Source: Okamejei kenojei
Lineage: Eukaryota
NCBI GenBank assembly: GCA_035221665.1
Contig: CM069132.1
Location: forward strand, 163,680,001-163,744,000
DNA: 64,000 nt
Direction: 5' to 3'
In this document: positions 62,201-64,000 of the stretch, in pieces
How positions within the stretch are numbered: position 1 is the stretch's first letter
How the letters are laid out: each line of letters opens with the position of its first letter
The notes under the pieces: generated by a model
Told to the model about the DNA's origin: nothing
The model's database searches: none
Seen by the model: the letters and a program-made list of their open reading frames with translations, nothing else
Program-made: the position numbers and the translations under genes

Positions 62201-64000
62201 AAACAAATGCTGGCTGCTTTGATCGGCCACTTTGGTTACCACCGGAAGCTAGAAACAAGCTATAATGGTGGGTAGATAATATTAAAGAATGTCATTGACC
62301 TATTATATGGAGCAACCCTGATGTTGTGATACTAACTGACGCAAGTGCACCAGGCTGGGGAGCAACTGGTACGATGTCCAGTTGTGGTGGCAGATGGAAC
62401 TCTCATGAGTCTACATTCCTGGAGTCACATGGGATAAACTATATAGGAAATGCTGGGGTATTTCATGGACTGGCGGGCTTCTGTACTAATTCATGGATTA
62501 CATGTCCGCTTTCGAATAGATAATGCTACAATAAGGGTTTACACATCAATCATATGGGTAGTATAGGTCGCTAGTTTGCAATGAATTGGCTAATACAATT
62601 TGGCACTGGTGCATTGAAAGAAATATTTGGATTACTGCGACCTATTTGCCTGGGAAGCTTAATTTCAGTGGCGGACACCAGGTCACGTGTCTTCAATGAC
62701 AACATTGAGTGGATTTTGAACCCCCAGATTTTGGAGATATTAAGCTCAAATTGGGGACACCAGATATTGACCTATTTGCGTCCAGGCTGAACCATCGAAT
62801 ACCAACGTATGTGTTGTGGGAACCAGAACCCTGGGGTAATAGCATTGGATGCATTTTATCCATTGGGGGAAATGGGTTGCTACGCGTTTCCCCCATGCTG
62901 CCTCACCAGTCGGGTATTGCAGAAAATTAAACTAACTCTGCAACTGACATATTGATCATTCCCGACTGGCCTACACAACCATGGTACCCGATGGTTTGTA
63001 GAAATGTACAACAACCATGGATGGCGATTGGGAAACATCCCAAATTGATTACTCACTCCATTACAAGGGGGTCATCATCCTTGCCATGGTCATTAAACTT
63101 GTTGGCTTGCAGGTTCTGAAAAGACCGCTCAACCGGGCAGGCATCTCGTCAAGACATGAACCTTATTGCAGCATCGTGTCGGGAATCCACCCGCAAACAA
63201 TATCTCACTCAAATCAGAAAGTGGGAGGTTTCTGTGCCCGGAACAACAAGTCCTCCAACTCGGCAACAATACTGGATGTGTTGGAGTTTCTAGCAGGCCT
63301 CCATTTTGATGCAGGCCTCAGCTACAGTGCCATCAACAGCGACAGGAGTACGCTGTATTCATACCTGGATATAAGTATCAGCTCCCACCACCTGGTGTCT
63401 AAACTAATGAGGGGAGTATTCAATACCAATCCCTCCACGACCCAGATATACAGTAACGTGGGATGTGGGGTCATGCTGACCCTACTGAGGAGCTGGGCTC
63501 CAATAGATGAGCTACCATTTGAAACAGCTCACCCTTAAGGTGGTGATGCTCATGGCACTGGCGACAGCCCAACGAGCCCAGATGTTACAAAAACTGCGAC
63601 TGGACACCATGGTGGCCAACCCTGGTCAAATAAAATTCTTTGGTAAAGAGTTATAAAAACAGGAGTTGCTACTAACGTTTTTTTTAAGTCTTATTCCACC
63701 AGGGCTGCAGCGAGAGCCATGAAGGTGCCCATGGACCACATTTTCGCCACTGCGGGCTGGGCCAGTGGGGGAAAAACCTTTCAACGGTTCTATAACAAGT
63801 CTCTGGCCGTTCCTGCGACATTCGCAGAAGCTATCCTGGGTACCGCTCAGTAAATGTCTGGCCCCGAATTAGGGGTTGTTGTTTAGTTGATTAATAAATT
63901 GTGTTGATTTTTCAGCCGCTGTCAACTGAACTCCATTAACAGTCTTACTCCATCAGAATGGCGGCAGTGTGATAAGCATGGACGTTGTTCAGGGCGTGAA
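59292..64000 (+). mobile_element. Third DIRS1-type retrotransposon (GC-richer subfamily); right end lies beyond the window
   Basis: Left terminus attttacttcggagtcacgtgagtgacttcgtgaa. RNaseH LTDASAPGWGA; MT PDIDLFASRLNH..YAFPP; YR VLEFLAGLHFDAGLSYSAINS, LKVVMLMALATAQRAQ and FKSYSTR..AGWAS. Confidence 0.92.

Overview
Eukaryotic, repeat-dense genomic DNA. The Ig sequence and repeat families point to a cartilaginous fish, probably a skate or ray; this is inferred, not searched. The only host gene I can see is the constant region of an IgM heavy-chain cluster on the minus strand: Cmu1 (52126-52426), Cmu2 (50380-50697), Cmu3 (48825-49127), Cmu4 plus secretory tail (47018-47407), TM1 (41908-42035) and TM2 (41770-41778, cytoplasmic tail KVK). 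Cmu3, the Cmu4 domain and both TM exons are intact. Cmu1, Cmu2 and the secretory tail carry single-base indels that look more like long-read consensus error than pseudogenisation. No V, D or J segment is visible. The rest is nested mobile DNA. A probable class I endogenous retrovirus remnant (tRNA-Pro PBS, candidate LTR) is split by a Gypsy element and by a DIRS1-type element that itself contains a second DIRS1 and a Rex1 LINE. Also present are a third DIRS1, a full-length L1 with an 18-bp TSD, many CR1 pieces, Penelope-derived palindromes with minimal hammerhead-ribozyme motifs, Harbinger and hAT non-autonomous elements, a Hero-like LINE fragment and (TTTGAG)n satellite arrays. There are four N-gaps. 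All family assignments come from motif recognition; no database search was run.
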